Shown one piece after another: positions 38,416 through 51,463 of a stretch of DNA of 64,000 nucleotides. Numbering within the stretch: the first letter of the stretch is position 1; every line of letters starts with the position of its first letter. The notes beneath the pieces were generated by a model, which saw only the letters and a list, made by a program, of their open reading frames with translations, had not been told where the DNA came from and searched no databases. The translations under genes were made by a program, and so were the position numbers. Where the stretch lies: NCBI GenBank assembly GCA_013239625.1, contig MU053065.1:62001-126000 (forward strand), written 5' to 3'. The stretch is from Lama guanicoe. Its lineage: Eukaryota.

Positions 38416-38702
38416 TTCAAACTTACGCTTACTGGGGGCAGGGAAGGGGGTGGGGAAGGGGGTGGGAAGGGATAAACTGGGAGTTCGAGATTTGCAGATA
38501 CTGGCTACTATATAGAAAATAGATAAACAAGTCCATATTGTACAGCACAGGGAACTCTATTCACTATCTTGTAGTAACCTATGGTGAAAAAGAATATGAA
38601 AACAAATCTAAGTATGTTCATGTATGACTGAAGCATCGTGCTGTACACCAGAAACTGACACAAATTATAAACTGACTATACTTCAATAAAAATATATATT
38701 TA
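38416..38702 (+). mobile_element. L1 3' end
   Basis: G-rich tract, GGGATAAACTGGGAGTTCGAGATTTGCAG…ACTTCAATAAAA; TSD AAAAAACTAGGTT on both sides. Confidence 0.9.
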
Positions 38703-39051
38703 AAAAAAACTAGGTTATGTTTTATATACTTTAGTAAGTTCTCCTAACATTGTTTCATTTATTGGGCCTCATCTCTGTGCAAGCATTGTGTCACGAACCA
38801 TGGGAGACACAAAATAAAAAGGTGTTATAGCCCTTAGTGAACTTAATTCCTGTAAAAACAAATAGGGTGTGTCCTGTGCGTATATTCTGGACCATCCTGG
38901 CCTGAAAGGAACATTTAAAATAATTTGATATTTTTATATTTTCAGATTTACAAATGACTGAAGTAAAATGTATAGGAAATATTTCATAAATTTACTTTAC
39001 AAAGTAGTTTATTTTCATCTATCTTCATGATATTTAAGAACTAACTTTCAA

Positions 39052-39380
39052 GAAAAAAGAGGACACTAATGAACTCATCTACAAAAGAAACAGATTTGCA
39101 GATATCGCAAACGATCTTTCGGTTATCCGGGAAAGGGCGGGGGAAGGGATACATTTGGGAGTTTGAGATTTGCAAATGTTAACCACTATACATAAAAACA
39201 GATAAAAACCAAATTTCTTCTGTATAGCACAGGGAACTATATTCAATAACTTATAATAACCTTTAATGAAAAAGAATATGAAAATGAATATATGTATATA
39301 TATGCATGACTGGGATATTGTGCTGTACACCAGAAATTGACACACTTTAACATACTGTTATTTCAATCGGGGGGGAAAAA
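39052..39380 (+). mobile_element. L1 3' end
   Basis: GGACACTAATGAACTCATCTACAAAAGAAACAGA…GCTGTACACCAGAAATTGACAC. Confidence 0.88.
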
Positions 39381-39667
39381 TGAACTTTCAGGTTAACTAT
39401 CTTAAACCAAAAGTTTATTCACCATTTCAGACTTTGCTTAATGAAGCTGGAAATCAATATTCAACAATCACGGATGAGTCAGCCATCAAGTCAAGTGGCT
39501 ATTGAAAGTGACAAGCGTAGGGCGTTATGGCCAGACATGGAAAGACGCATACACAACAAGGTGAAATGAGGGAGCCAAAGGGAGTTCGTGAAGGACCCGC
39601 CCTGGGATCACGTGTACCATGTGTATCATCATGTATCAACACAGAGAGAAAAGGAAAGTTCCTCCCT

Positions 39668-39811
39668 AAAGCATATTCAATATCTGGTGGTAACCTATGA
39701 TGAGAAAGAATACAAAAATGAATCACATATGTACATGTATGATTGAAACACTGTGCTGTACACTAGAAATCGATACAACATTGTAAACTGACTATACTTC
39801 AATTTAAAAAA
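39668..39811 (+). mobile_element. L1 3' end fragment
   Basis: TATTCAATATCTGGTGGTAACCTATG…AACATTGTAAACTGACTATACTTCAAT. Confidence 0.85.
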
Positions 39812-41251
39812 GAGAGATTTTGAAATGTATTGAAAGAAAAAAATTTTTCTCCCTATGTGAGCAGTGTGTGACGCAGTCTGATACCATCTTCCTCAAACAT
39901 TTGAGAGAGAGAGGTTTTCTGGTGGGTGTGATGTAGCATTTGCAATGGTAAATTCCAGAGCTACAATGAATCTACCTGGAAATTTCCAATTTTCCACTCA
40001 ACATCCCTGACCATCCAAACTTTTAAGAACCTTAGTGAGAGGTGAACTGAACCAGAAAAAATCTGATGAAATGTAGGGCAGATAGTCTTGAATTTTAGAT
40101 ATAAAGAAAAAAAGGTCTTAAATAAAATTTTATAATCATAAAACCCCCCAAATTTGAAATCCCATACATCTGGCATGTAAAATAGAATGTATATTAAAAC
40201 TTCTATTTCTTATTTAACTAAAATTTCATTTTCAAGTTTTTCTCCACTCTTTCATTAGTTCCTTCAACAGTGTTGAACAAGTGTACTTGCAAAAAAAAAA
40301 TTGCAAAATCTTAAGTCATATAAAGAGGTGTTTCTAATTGAAATGCACTTTTCAAATGTATATGAAATCTGAGTTCCTATGCATTTGAAAGGAAATCACA
40401 CATAGAAAACTGTCTATGTTTATGCTCTCAAGTGAACAGCACTGTCATTCTGCCATGAACCAATCTGTTATTTTTCTTCTTTTCTCTTTAAATTTCTATT
40501 CATTTGGTGTTGGGGGGAGAATACTAAGTTATTTTCAGTATAAGTAGCCTTATAGACAAACTCGTACTACCAAGAAATAGTAAACATAAGCAAAAAAATC
40601 TCTTATGCATCATTCAACGTTTCAGTACCCCCATGCTGCCCCCTGCTGCCCAGTGGCCACACTTCACCGAAAATTGTCCCAAACTTTCAACCTTTCACAT
40701 TTATTTCTCTTTACTCTCCCCATCAAAACTTATCTGGCCAGAGACCCAGACCACTGGAGTTTTCCTCTACCAGGCTATTGGGTAAGCAAGTTACTCTAAG
40801 AAAGAGGTAGCTCGCCTGTATTTATCCCATCACCATTTTCTGACCAGTTGTAAGCATTTGGACTGACGTTCTGTGGGCAATGACCGACATCCAGGTTCCC
40901 AAGCTTGGCGTTCCAAATCCTTTCGGTGCTGTTTCCAAGCTACCAGTACGAGTCTGTCTCTCCCAGTCCCTAGCCCCCAGGCTTCACAGTTGGATCTCTA
41001 CCCGCCCCGGGGTCCTAGCGGGTATTCCCAGGTACTGTGCGTTTTCTCTCCTCCCTGCTTAGTCTCACACTGCTTTCTCTGCCTGACTTGGTTTCTCTAT
41101 GTTGGAAGCCTACCAGTCTTCCAAGGTTCTGGTCAAAAGCTCCTTCCCCTCCCTTTAATCCTTTAAGCTCTGCACAACTTAGTAGAAGCTCAATAAGGAT
41201 TTATTTAATGAGTAAAGAGCAGTTAGCGAAGAAATCTTGATGCTTACGATT

Positions 41252-41368
41252 GGGGGGGCTGGGTTTATTTATTTATTTTTAATGGAGGTACTGGGGATTG
41301 AACCCAGGACCTCTTGCATGCTAAACACGCACTCTACCACTTTACCACTGAGCTACACTCTTCCCTCC
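41252..41368 (-). mobile_element. Vic-1-type SINE
   Basis: AATGGAGGTACTGGGGATTGAACCCAGGACCTCTTGCATGCTAAAC…CTGAGCTACAC. Confidence 0.9.
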
Positions 41369-42282
41369 ACAAAACCCTGATTCTTAGAAAGGCTAAGTGA
41401 CTTATCGACTGTTAGCAGAGGACCCAGAGAGGATAATGGGAGGCTCTGTAACATGGCAACAACCTAACACCTGAATGGGATGATGTTTTTAATCCCCATC
41501 ACACTGTGTAAGCCCTATTTGGATCCCTGAAATCAGAAGCATCTATGAAGAAATGAACTCAAAGCACATACTGAGTGCTTCTGTCATGTGGGGCACTATT
41601 CTAGGTGCTTTAAATGCGTGAACCCACTGAGCTCTCCCAGCAGCCAGGTGAGCAGATAGTATCACTTTGTTCCACAGAAGAGGAGACTGGGGGTCTAGAC
41701 AGTTAAATTGGCCAAAGGTTATCCATGTAGTAAAGGACAGACTGAGGAACTCAGATCGGTCAAAGCTGTGTATTTAAAGTGTTCTCGTAATGTCTTCAAG
41801 AGAAATGTATATGAAGAGGCTTCTACTCAGCTTTCTGGAAGTTAAAAAAAACTTCGTCAATAGAATAGCCTTGGAAATTGTGACCAGAGACTCAGACAGA
41901 GCCTGTGAGAGACACTCAGTGTCAATTCAGTACCTGTAAATGTCCGCAAGAGCTGATTGTCCTACAAGACAGAACTTGAAGGAATGTAGGATTCCGCCAA
42001 GTTCAAAGGTCTCTAAAGGACAGTTATATATTTTAAAAGATTAAGAAATGAAAAATCCAAATACTTGTCAGTTGATGCAGCCACTTGTGTGGGGACCAAC
42101 GATTCTAACTTGACTTGAAAAATATAAAGATATGACCCAGTATCTCAGGAAAGTAGACCTTAAGAATATGTCCCTTTTTTGGATACAATGAACATAAATA
42201 AGGCTCATGACATCACATCTGTGTCCCAGACAAGGCTCTAGTTGTGTTCTAACCAAAACCTCTGCTCATCAAGAAACTTCAA

Positions 42283-42420
42283 GGTACAGGGAGGGCATAG
42301 CTCAGTGGTAAAGCGCGTGCTTAGCATGCAGGAGGTCCTGGGTTCAATCCTCAGTGCCTCCATTAAAATAACTAAATACCTACCCCCCCCCGCCCAAAGG
42401 AAAAACAAAACAAAGCAAAA
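42283..42420 (+). mobile_element. Vic-1-type SINE
   Basis: GGGAGGGCATAGCTCAGTGGTAAAGCGCGTGCTTAGCATGCAGGAGGTCCTGGGTTCAATCC; TSD CAAGAAACTTCAA (42270-42282, 42421-42433). Confidence 0.93.
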
Positions 42421-43257
42421 CAAGAAACTTCAATAAGTGGAGAGGGCAGAAAAAAATAAACTTGAGAAGGCAATATACCAATCCCAAATTGTTTGGTAGG
42501 ACGTAACTCTTCTGGGAGTAAGAGTCTTTTTTCAGAAAGATTTAAACGTACAGAAATGCTTCTTAGTGTAAGTAATCATTCTGTTTAAGAACATTTGACC
42601 TAATGGAGTAACAGCCTATTGCACTTTTACGTAGAACTTCTACTAACTTAGACATAGTGTTGAAACATTAAGAGAACTTAAGAATCACCAAATTTAGACG
42701 TTAAATTTATTAGATTGCTAAGACTTTAACTTCTTGAAAATGTTTGCTTAAGCACCAAAGGAGGCAATCGAATGTAGCAACTTTATACATGTCTATAAAA
42801 AAATCACGAGGTGTTTAATTGAATAATGCTTTAAATGAGACCAAATTTTAAGGGACCATGATTTCTAAAATTTGCTAAATTTATAAATATGAAAAGATTT
42901 GTAAGCTAAGTTTAAAAACATACCTTTGGGTATGTAAATTTAATACGTTTCATATTATTTTTTGAAAACTCAAATTAACTTCAGAATGGCCTTTCAATAT
43001 CCAAGACTCGCTCTTGAGGGCATCAGGCAACTTGGAACTGAACACAGTGACTGAGTTCTTCCAGCTAAGTTGGTGCTCACTGGGCAGGCAGCATTCATTG
43101 GCAGAACTGGTCTGACTGCGCAGTTAGTCTTTCAGTTTGAACCTTCCTCAGTTCCTAGCAGGTGGACGGCAGCTTTTGAAACATTGAGATGAGAGAAGCA
43201 ACATTGTCCACCGACCTCCCCAATTTCGGGTTTAGTGGCTTTCTTCCACAGTGTCAC

Positions 43258-43432
43258 TTAGCAATTCTCAACCCCAGCTGCGTATCCAAGTCCCTTGGAC
43301 AGCTTTTGGAAACTACTTATGCCCAGAACCCATCCGGACCAACTAGACTCTCTGAGGATGCGGTATTTTGTTTTTAAGTTTCTGGGCAGAGCTGAGAGCT
43401 ACTCAGTGCAGGAAGAGTTGAGGGCCGCTGGT
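43258..43432 (+). mobile_element. MER5-type hAT-Charlie MITE
   Basis: GCAATTCTCAACCCCAGCTGC…TATGCCCAGAACCCATCC…GAGTTGAGGGCCGCTG. Confidence 0.6.
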
Positions 43433-43463
43433 CCACAGTGTGAGCCCACTGTGGTCGAAGGGA

Positions 43464-44210
43464 CTGGTACTGTCCAACAGAACTTTCTGCAATTACGGAC
43501 ATTACTGTAGACAGAATGTCCATGTACCTCCCACCCCAAAGTCACATATTGAAATCCTAGCCCCCAGTGTTTGGAGGTGGGGCTTTTGGGAGGTGATTAG
43601 GTCATGAGGGTGAAGCCCCAGGAATGAGATTAGTGCCCTTGTAAGAGAGACCCCAGAGAGCCCCTCATCCCTTCCACAATGCAAGGACACATCTACGAAC
43701 CAGGAAGAGGACTCTCACAGACACAGGATTTGCCAGCACCTTGATCTTGGACTTCCAGACTCCAGAACTGTGAGAAATAAATTTCTGTTGTATGTAAGCC
43801 CCTCCAGTTCGTGGTATTCTGTTACAGTAGCCCGAACAACGGAGACAGGAATGTCCCATAAATCTGCTGTCCAATATGGTAATCATTAGCCAGGTGTAAC
43901 TACCGAACGTTTAATTTTTTTTTTTACTTCTTACATTTTATCTTTTACTCCTATTTTTATTTTATTTATTTTCTTATTGAAGTACAGTCAGTTTACAATG
44001 TTCTGTCAATTTCTAGTGTACAGCACAATGAATATACATGTATTCATTTTCATATTCTTTTTCACCATGAGCTACTACAAGATATTGAATATAGTTCCCT
44101 GTGCTGTGCAGTATAAACTTGTTTTTCTCCTAATGTTTAATTTTTATTAATTCAAATTTAAATGTACATGGTCACATGTGGCTAGTGACTACTGTACTGG
44201 GCAGCACAGT
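43464..44210 (+). mobile_element. MER3-like MITE interrupted by an MLT1A-like LTR and an L1 3' end
   Basis: MER3 pieces CTGTCCAACAGAACTTTCTGCAAT (~43470), GCTGTCCAATATGGTAATCATTAGCCA (~43866) and CACATGTGGCTAGTGACTACTGTACTGGGCAGCACAG (~44175-44210); minus-strand L1 3' end at ~43950-44125. Confidence 0.75.
43506..43848 (+). mobile_element. MLT1A-like MaLR solo LTR
   Basis: TG…CATATTGAAATCCTAGCCCCCAGTG…GGGAGGTGATTAGGTCATGAGGGTG…GAACTGTGAGAAATAAATTTCTGTTG…GAGACA. Confidence 0.88.
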
Positions 44211-45124
44211 TCTGGCAACTTCAGGCCATTTAAAATGATCAGAGTCTGTAATTACAGAGGTGCTCAGTGACGCTTTCCGTTGCTGTGACCAGTTCAAACT
44301 TGCCTCTTCGGGGTATTTCATCCCAGCTTCCTGACGAGGCCTCTAGTGGATGGAAGGCCAGCCCAAAGCTTATCCAGGCTTCTGGAAATGTTCAGGACAT
44401 GGACTTTGCTGATTGTTTTTTATCTGCTTATGTTGGATGTTTGTTTCTTGGACTTTATACTTCAGTGAAAAATGAGCTAAAGCCTTCAGAACTAAATATT
44501 CCTTAAGTCTCAAAGCAGTGAAGGAATTAAACTCTTGGAAAGGTCCTCTTCACTCCTTGGCATGTGCTAGTGTTTTTCAACTGGAGGTCGTGATCTCTGT
44601 CTTGGGAGGATGGAGAGTTTCCAGCGGACTCAGGCAGTGGCCTGAGTTTCAGAGCTAAATATAGGTCATTGGCATGACAGCCTCCTTTCTCAGTCTCATC
44701 GAAACCACGTCCTTTTAATGAATGTGGGGCATTAGTGGTTGGTGGGATAAAATCTCGACAAGAACCAGCAAAATGCCACAGAAACAGAACTCTATTTCAG
44801 ATGTAACTTGCTATTGAACACAACTAAGTTCTATTTTTACTTTTAAAAAATAATTTGTAAATTATGGATTACTATTTTAAAAAAAAAAGTTTAAAATGCA
44901 CACCTATAGGAACTTCTGGAAAAAGAAATCTCAAATGTGATGCCCACTCTGAGGCATAAAAAGGATCCTCCTTCAAGTCATTGCTGAGTTTGTCAGTGAG
45001 CTCATTCTGACCACCTTTTCAATTCTGCATATGTATTTATTTATTCATATATTTGCCAATTATGAAATGCCATCCTTTAAAGTCCGGCATATTTACCATG
45101 GCAGGTACCATTCAATTCTCTAGT

Positions 45125-45289
45125 GCAGTGTCTCAAAGGGTGGTCCCTGGACCAGCAGCAACAGCACATCTGGGAACCTGCAACTTCTCAGACCCCACCC
45201 CGGACCAACTGAACCAGGACCTCTCAGTGTGGGCCCGGTGTCGGTGTTTTAGGTGATTCTGGTGCACAATGAAGTTTGAGATCCACTGA
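45125..45289 (+). mobile_element. MER5A MITE
   Basis: CAGTGTCTCAAAGGGTGGTCCCTGGACCAGCAGCAACAGCA…AAGTTTGAGATCCACTG. Confidence 0.8.
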
Positions 45290-45759
45290 CTTCCCCAAAA
45301 ACGTCCCAGGGGGGAACTTCCCTACATCCCGCCAATGGTAGAGATGGGAACATTCTGTACATAAAATTGACCTTGTAAGTTGTGAAACACAAGTCAATAT
45401 TCTATTTCAACCTCATGTAATGAATCATGAATTTATCTACTTCCACAAAGCCTCACTGAGTCTCTAGTCTGTGATCTTTTTTCTTCCCTATGAAAAATTC
45501 AGCCTATAAAGGAATTTCATGAGATGTTCCTGAAGAGATGAGATGCAGTATGTGTGCCTTCAGCAAATTCAAAGCACAAAAATTCAGCTCTATACAACAG
45601 ATAAATTAGCGGCATCACTCGTTTTAAGAAGAGATGATTCAATTTATGAAACTATTCAGTAGAGGATTCATTTAAACAGGGATATCATACAATGCATATG
45701 CCAAGTTACAGAACGTAAGTGTACAAATACCCAATGTCACGGTCCAGAAGAGGAGTAGG

Positions 45760-45980
45760 TACACAGGCTCTGATTCCAGACTTCCCAGGTTCAAACTCCA
45801 GCTTTCTCATTTACTGTGTAACCTGACCAAACCTCTCCAAGCCTCAGTTTCCTCATTTGTACAGTGGGTATAATAATTGTCCTATCTCCAAAGTTTGTGT
45901 GAGGATTTAAGGAGATATTTAATAAAGGTAGCATTTAGCTTAGAGGCTGGAACATTGTAAGCTCTAATCAAATGTTTATT
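45760..45980 (+). mobile_element. MIR SINE
   Basis: CCAGGTTCAAACTCCAGC…AAGCCTCAGTTTCCTCATTTGTACAGTGGGTATAATAAT…GTGAGGATTTAA. Confidence 0.8.
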
Positions 45981-46139
45981 TTTAGTTTTTCTGAAGTAGC
46001 TGCATCAGTAAACAGTTCACCTCTATGAAAACAGATATTCATGTTGTATCATTCAAGAATGTTTTTACAAAGCAGTTAAAGTTTATACAAAGCAAATAGG
46101 AGCTGGCCACACTGAGCACTGGATACTCAGCAGGTGTTC

Positions 46140-46590
46140 ACACTTTCAAGAGTCCTTCCCTAGCCAAACCAATTAAGGTAATTTCAATCTCCCTGTTAGT
46201 GACAGGGTTTAGAAATGAGCATGTCCTACAAACCTGGCCAAAGAGCTGTAAGAAGCAGTATGCTGTGGGCCTCTGGGACGGAATCTCTTCCCTTCTGAAA
46301 AGATGCGTAAGAGAAACTCTCTTCCCTTTGGAAGCTGCAGTATCAGGATATGATACTTGGAGCTGCAGCAGCCATCTTGTGACTATGAGGAAAGACATTG
46401 CTGACATGACTGCAATGTAAAAGAATAGAACCTACTAGGAAACCTGATAACATTGCTGAGCTATTGAACCAAACCTAGAACTGGCTTGCCTATTAATTAT
46501 TAATTTAGTTGAAATAATAAATGTCCTTATTTTTTATGCCATTATCAGAAGGAGTCTACGTTAGTACAAAAGCAAACTAAATGACGTAAC
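46140..46590 (+). mobile_element. Old MLT1 LTR
   Basis: GGTTTAGAAATGAGCATGT…TGGAGCTGCAGCAGCCATCTTGTGACTATGAGG…AATAATAAATGTCC. Confidence 0.65.
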
Positions 46591-47390
46591 ACATTTAGTT
46601 AGTATCTTAATTGGCTCTATGACAAAGTAACTTGGTCACTTTGTTCTGGAGGTCATCTTAAACCACACATAGAGGATTCTTAACGAATAGGTCCTTCTCT
46701 TCCAATTCATTTGCATGTAACAGCAGTCTCACTTCCCTGCTCCATATCTGATGTGCTTAACGAAGTAACCATTAGCTAAATGTCTAATTATATTCTCTTC
46801 ATAAGTTAAAATGTTTATTATAACAATTTCTGTTATATAAAAAATCATTGAAAATTCTTTCAGAAGATTTTAAAATAAAAATAAATATTTTAATTCTGAT
46901 ATAATCCTTTAACACTGTAATTGTATTTCCCTGCTTCATTTTACAATTTTTATTTACATTGACATTTCTCTCATGACAATGTGAACAAAATGTACAAAAT
47001 GAGGCTCTACCACCTTAAAAAAAAGTTTTTATTAAATGGACATCACAAGAACACACACAAAATTCCTTCCACCAGAGTGACCCCCTCCTCATCTCTTCTT
47101 AACTTATTTGGTTAATGTTTTATTTCTCACTTTGCAATAGGAATTTGCGTTAGGTAACCATCTATGCAGCATCTGTTTGGGCTAGATCTAAAATCTGAGG
47201 GCTATTTCTCCCTCAATGCGTCACAGATAATGGTCCTTCAATAGAATGACCCTTTAAATCCTATAAAAACAGATTTAATTTTTTAAAAAGGTTTTACCCC
47301 AGAAATCTTATTACGCCTTCATTCCCAAAGAGAACCTCCCGTATCTAAGACCTTAGATTTAAAGTGTCTTTTCCTTTGTGTGTGTGTGGT

Positions 47391-47507
47391 GGGGGGGGGT
47401 ATTTAGGTGATTTATTTGCTTATTTATTTAAATAGAGGTACTGGGGATTGAACCCAGGACCTTATACATGCTAAGCATGTGCTCTACCACTGAGCTGTAC
47501 CCTCCCC
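47391..47507 (-). mobile_element. Vic-1-type SINE
   Basis: GAGGTACTGGGGATTGAACCCAGGACCTTATACATGCTAAGCATGTGCTCTACCACTGAGCTGTACCCTCCCC. Confidence 0.93.
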
Positions 47508-50500
47508 ACTGAAATATCTTTAAAATACTGAACCATATTGGACTGTAACCTCCATGAGAGCAGGGATCCTTGCCTCTTCTTCTGAATATTGCACCCCAGC
47601 ATTTGGCATAATAGCACATAATAAGAGGAAAATCTGGAATAAACAAACCCATAGATAAAAATAAATGGTGAATAAATCAAGTATACAGGCCATTCCTTTC
47701 ATCTTTTCCTTAAGGAAATCATCATCTTTGCCTTACTTCCCCTTCAGAGTCTCCATTAGGGGATTTTTTTGGAAAGATAAAAAAACAAAGTCATAACACA
47801 AACACCCATTTGGTCTCTCATTTTCTTTCCCATCTGTTCCTTTGCAAACATGTAATGATCTGTCCAAGAAATAGCATGGATATGTATGCACGAAAAGAGG
47901 ATGGAATTAGAAACATATACTCAATTCCAAATCTGTACTGAATTTGGTTTTCAGAGGGCAACATTTTTAGCTCTTTTTACTTCTCCTAAAAAAGTTTATT
48001 CTAAGGTATGTAAGATAGATCATGGCTAATATTTTCAGCATTTTATGAGAGGTCATCTTAATATCAATGTAAATGTTTCTTCCTTTTTTTCCTTCATCTT
48101 TCCTAATAAGGTTGTCTAACCTGAAAATTTCCCCAATCTTTAGCAATACTAATGAATACAAACTAACAAATCAGGAAATTATGTAGGTTCACTACATTAA
48201 GTCTTAATAAAATTTTCAGTTTATTTCTGTTATTGACCAAGCTCATAATTTCAAGTTCATTTGTCTGAGGTTCATTGTTTGGAATCTGATTTACAGATCC
48301 TCCATGTTTTTGGCATCATTTATTTCCTCTTTCTGCAAACTGTTTTTTTGGCCATGTCACTACTTGTTGACCCCTCCCCTCCAAGAGGGATGGGCAGGAT
48401 GAAAAAAATAATAATGATATTCTAACATAGTCAACGTTGCTACTTGCTACTATCTCCGATAAAAAAAGTGTGCGAGGAAAAAATAAGTGTGTAATTGTTG
48501 ATTAAAATGACATTTCAAGAGTTAAAAAAAATTCTTTATTGTTCATGAGCTAGCAACTGTTACTATGAAAAACTGAGTTCTCTCTATACTCCATTCAATA
48601 AAGACTTTTTCATGATAAAACATAGCTTATTTTAATAATTCTAATCCTAATCTCACCAAACTCACGAACTAAATGCCTATGAAATGTTGTCAATTAAGGA
48701 AAAAAGGAACCTCCAAAGAATCAAGAGCTAAAAGGAAGCACAAGGTGGATTTAAAAATGGAGAATAATGTAAAACAATGAATTGTTTTTGCCTCGTAGAT
48801 TTAAACCTCCTTACTTAGTGATGTAAGAGCCACAGATAGAATATCTTTAACATAAATATCCATGATGATTTTTAAGAGTCGAGATGTAACTATAATGGTT
48901 ACTCATAATCAATGATGTAATAGTCGATGATGTAGGAGAACAAAGAACGTTGCATAGCTACATATGGACTTCACAGCATCAGTTTGTTTTTAAAAGGGGG
49001 GCTACACTGTATAAGCATTTTTAGTTTCCACAAATTAAAACAAAAAAAATTACCAGCTGAGTAACAGAACGTTTTAGCAACAAACCCATAGGAAAGTATA
49101 TTTTATTCAGCTGATTAACTTCAGAGAACTAAACTCTACAGCACAGAGGATTAGATAATATATTTACACCTGCAGTATTTCATTCCATAAATAATCTATA
49201 ATGTCAAATCTAGTCTTGATGGGGGCATTTAAATTTTATGAAGAGATAAAATGTTACAGTGAACATTTTCACATTTTTATAGCAGAATATAAACAAATTA
49301 TAGGCATAATACATAATTATTTTTGAAGTTGAAGGAAAGGGTCTTACACAGACAAATTACAGAGACACAAAAATCAGAAATACTATACCTAGGTATTTTC
49401 ACACTTTTTTCTACTTCAGAATTTTAAATAATTAGTAAAATGGGCATTTACACATTTCAAAGTGAATAAAAACACTCAATAATAACTCCAAAATTTTTTA
49501 CTCTCTCAAGAAATAGTCTATTCAATTATATGAAAAGGGGGTCTAGGATACTATTTCAGTTGTTTTTATTTGGCAAAATAACATGTTTTTAGGTGCAATC
49601 ACTGATTTCTCCCACTTTCTTTTTCAATTAAGGACACACTTACTATCTTCACAAACAACTAAAATGTTCACAGACTAGTAAAAACTATGTCACAGCATAA
49701 TACGGAGGCTTTGGGCCTAAATTCAGTATTCTCCAGTCAGCTAACTTCCAGTGAGAACAAAGATGGAAGAGGTTTATCCTGCATTTAGGTATACGAATAC
49801 CAATATTTTTTAAGTTAAAAGCAGCTGTATATATATTCTTAAAAATTATCTTATTCCAAGATACTTGCTCTTTTTTGAACAAGGATACACATAAATTCAA
49901 CCGAAATATCACTTCAAAATAAAACAAACAATAATGTAGACACTGCTATATGTCCAACTACTAGAAAATTCCCCAGAGAAACTTAGAATAGTTATTTAAG
50001 GAATCCCTAGGTTCAAAACGAAATTTAACTTTTACAATGTTCAGTGAACTAAAACTCCAACGTTTTGTTCAATCGAAGACACTGGCACGTATGATACTCC
50101 GATATAAGGAAAATGCAAAATGTTACTGAGGAAAGAGAGGGTAAGCCGACAGCCTATTATCGAAGAAATTCGGATCTAGAGATAATCAGATCAGATCAAA
50201 CACAACTGCAAACGCATGCTCCTCCCTGATGCCCCCTGGGCTGGGGTGACGACACATCTGCTCTCAGCCACAGTTCACAGTTCACAGCAAACATCAAAAT
50301 AATACAACTGAATAATCTCCTCTGACCAAAATCAACTTTCTTTAAGGAAAGAAAAAGATAAGATAATAGATCAAGTCTTGCCCCACCTCTTTTTTTCTCC
50401 TTTTTCTTTTAGTGAAACTGACATAAATTGTTGAAGAGAACCACAGCGCCACCAACACAGATCAATGCAAAACAAAAAAGATCTCCCACCGTGTGCAAAA

Positions 50501-51202
50501 AGAAAAAAAAAATTAGAAAAATGCCAAAAATTACAAAATGTCTCCCCAATGTACCTCCGAGAAAAACAAGATAGCTCTGCAAAGACTATCCGATGAGGAG
50601 CTTGAGGGAATTACTACCATGGAACACAAGTTTAGATCTGATCAGCAAATAAAAGACCCACTATTTAGTAACAGCCATAACTTAATATAAACCCGGTTAT
50701 GTCAATCTCCGCCTTCATTATACCAAGGGCAGCTTTTCTGTAGTTTGTATCCAAGTAATCCATCAGGAAAACCACAATAGGACTATTTAAAACCAAACCA
50801 AACCAAACTACATCCATAGTTTGCCAGCTGATCATTTAATCCTGGACATATTAGGTAATACACAATTTTTATAAAGAAGATATGCACATATTTGGCATTA
50901 CCAACATTGCTGGCACAAAACAAGTCCATCTTGAAATAGCTGAGTTCCTCTTAGTTCACAGTAATCAAAGTATAATTTATATTATAAATACTTAGCTTTG
51001 ATCCTGGAGGCGGGGGGAACCTAATTTTTTTTCTTTTGGTAAAAATTAACCAGACAAGATTAGGTGGAAATGTGCAGAGATCAAAGCTAAGGAAAAAAAT
51101 ACAAAGATTGGTTTTCCGAGAAGAAACACAATGCAAATCCTTTTTAGCCGGGAGCTCGTTCAAAGATTTTAGGGCATAAAATGTTTAAAATGACAAACTT
51201 AC

Positions 51203-51205
51203 CAT
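51203..51205 (-). CDS. EPC1: Alternative EPC1 first exon contributing only the initiator ATG (UTR part runs up into the CpG island)
   Basis: Minus strand CCACTC-ATG|GTAAGT is a consensus donor directly after ATG, phase 0 like exon 1. It agrees with my recollection of an N-terminally shortened human EPC1 isoform from an upstream promoter (not verifiable here). Confidence 0.72.
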
Positions 51206-51439
51206 GAGTGGAAGGCAAAGAAGCCAGTTCTGGAGAAATAATTGTAACAATATAGACTGGATACTTGAGTCCCCACCAGCAGCAGCCTGCAGGCAGCATA
51301 TGGATCCCCGAACATCTTCGGAATATGTGGCAAATGAGAAGTCCGACTTTCTTCCATGATCGCGATCTGGAGGGGGAGCTCCCCGGGATCCGTGGGCGTT
51401 TGGGGGAAATCGGAGCGATCCGGCCGGAGATGACCGGGA

Positions 51440-51463
51440 GGCGGCGGCGGCGGCGGCGGCGGC
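51440..51463. repeat. (GGC)8 trinucleotide repeat
   Basis: Eight uninterrupted GGC units. Confidence 0.95.

Noticed and set aside
42289..42362. Apparent tRNA-Ala(AGC) gene (also 33800-33873 and 47435-47507)
   Set aside because: It has an A-rich tail, a TSD and stem mismatches, and is one of 11 similar copies, so it is a tRNA-derived SINE and not a tRNA gene.
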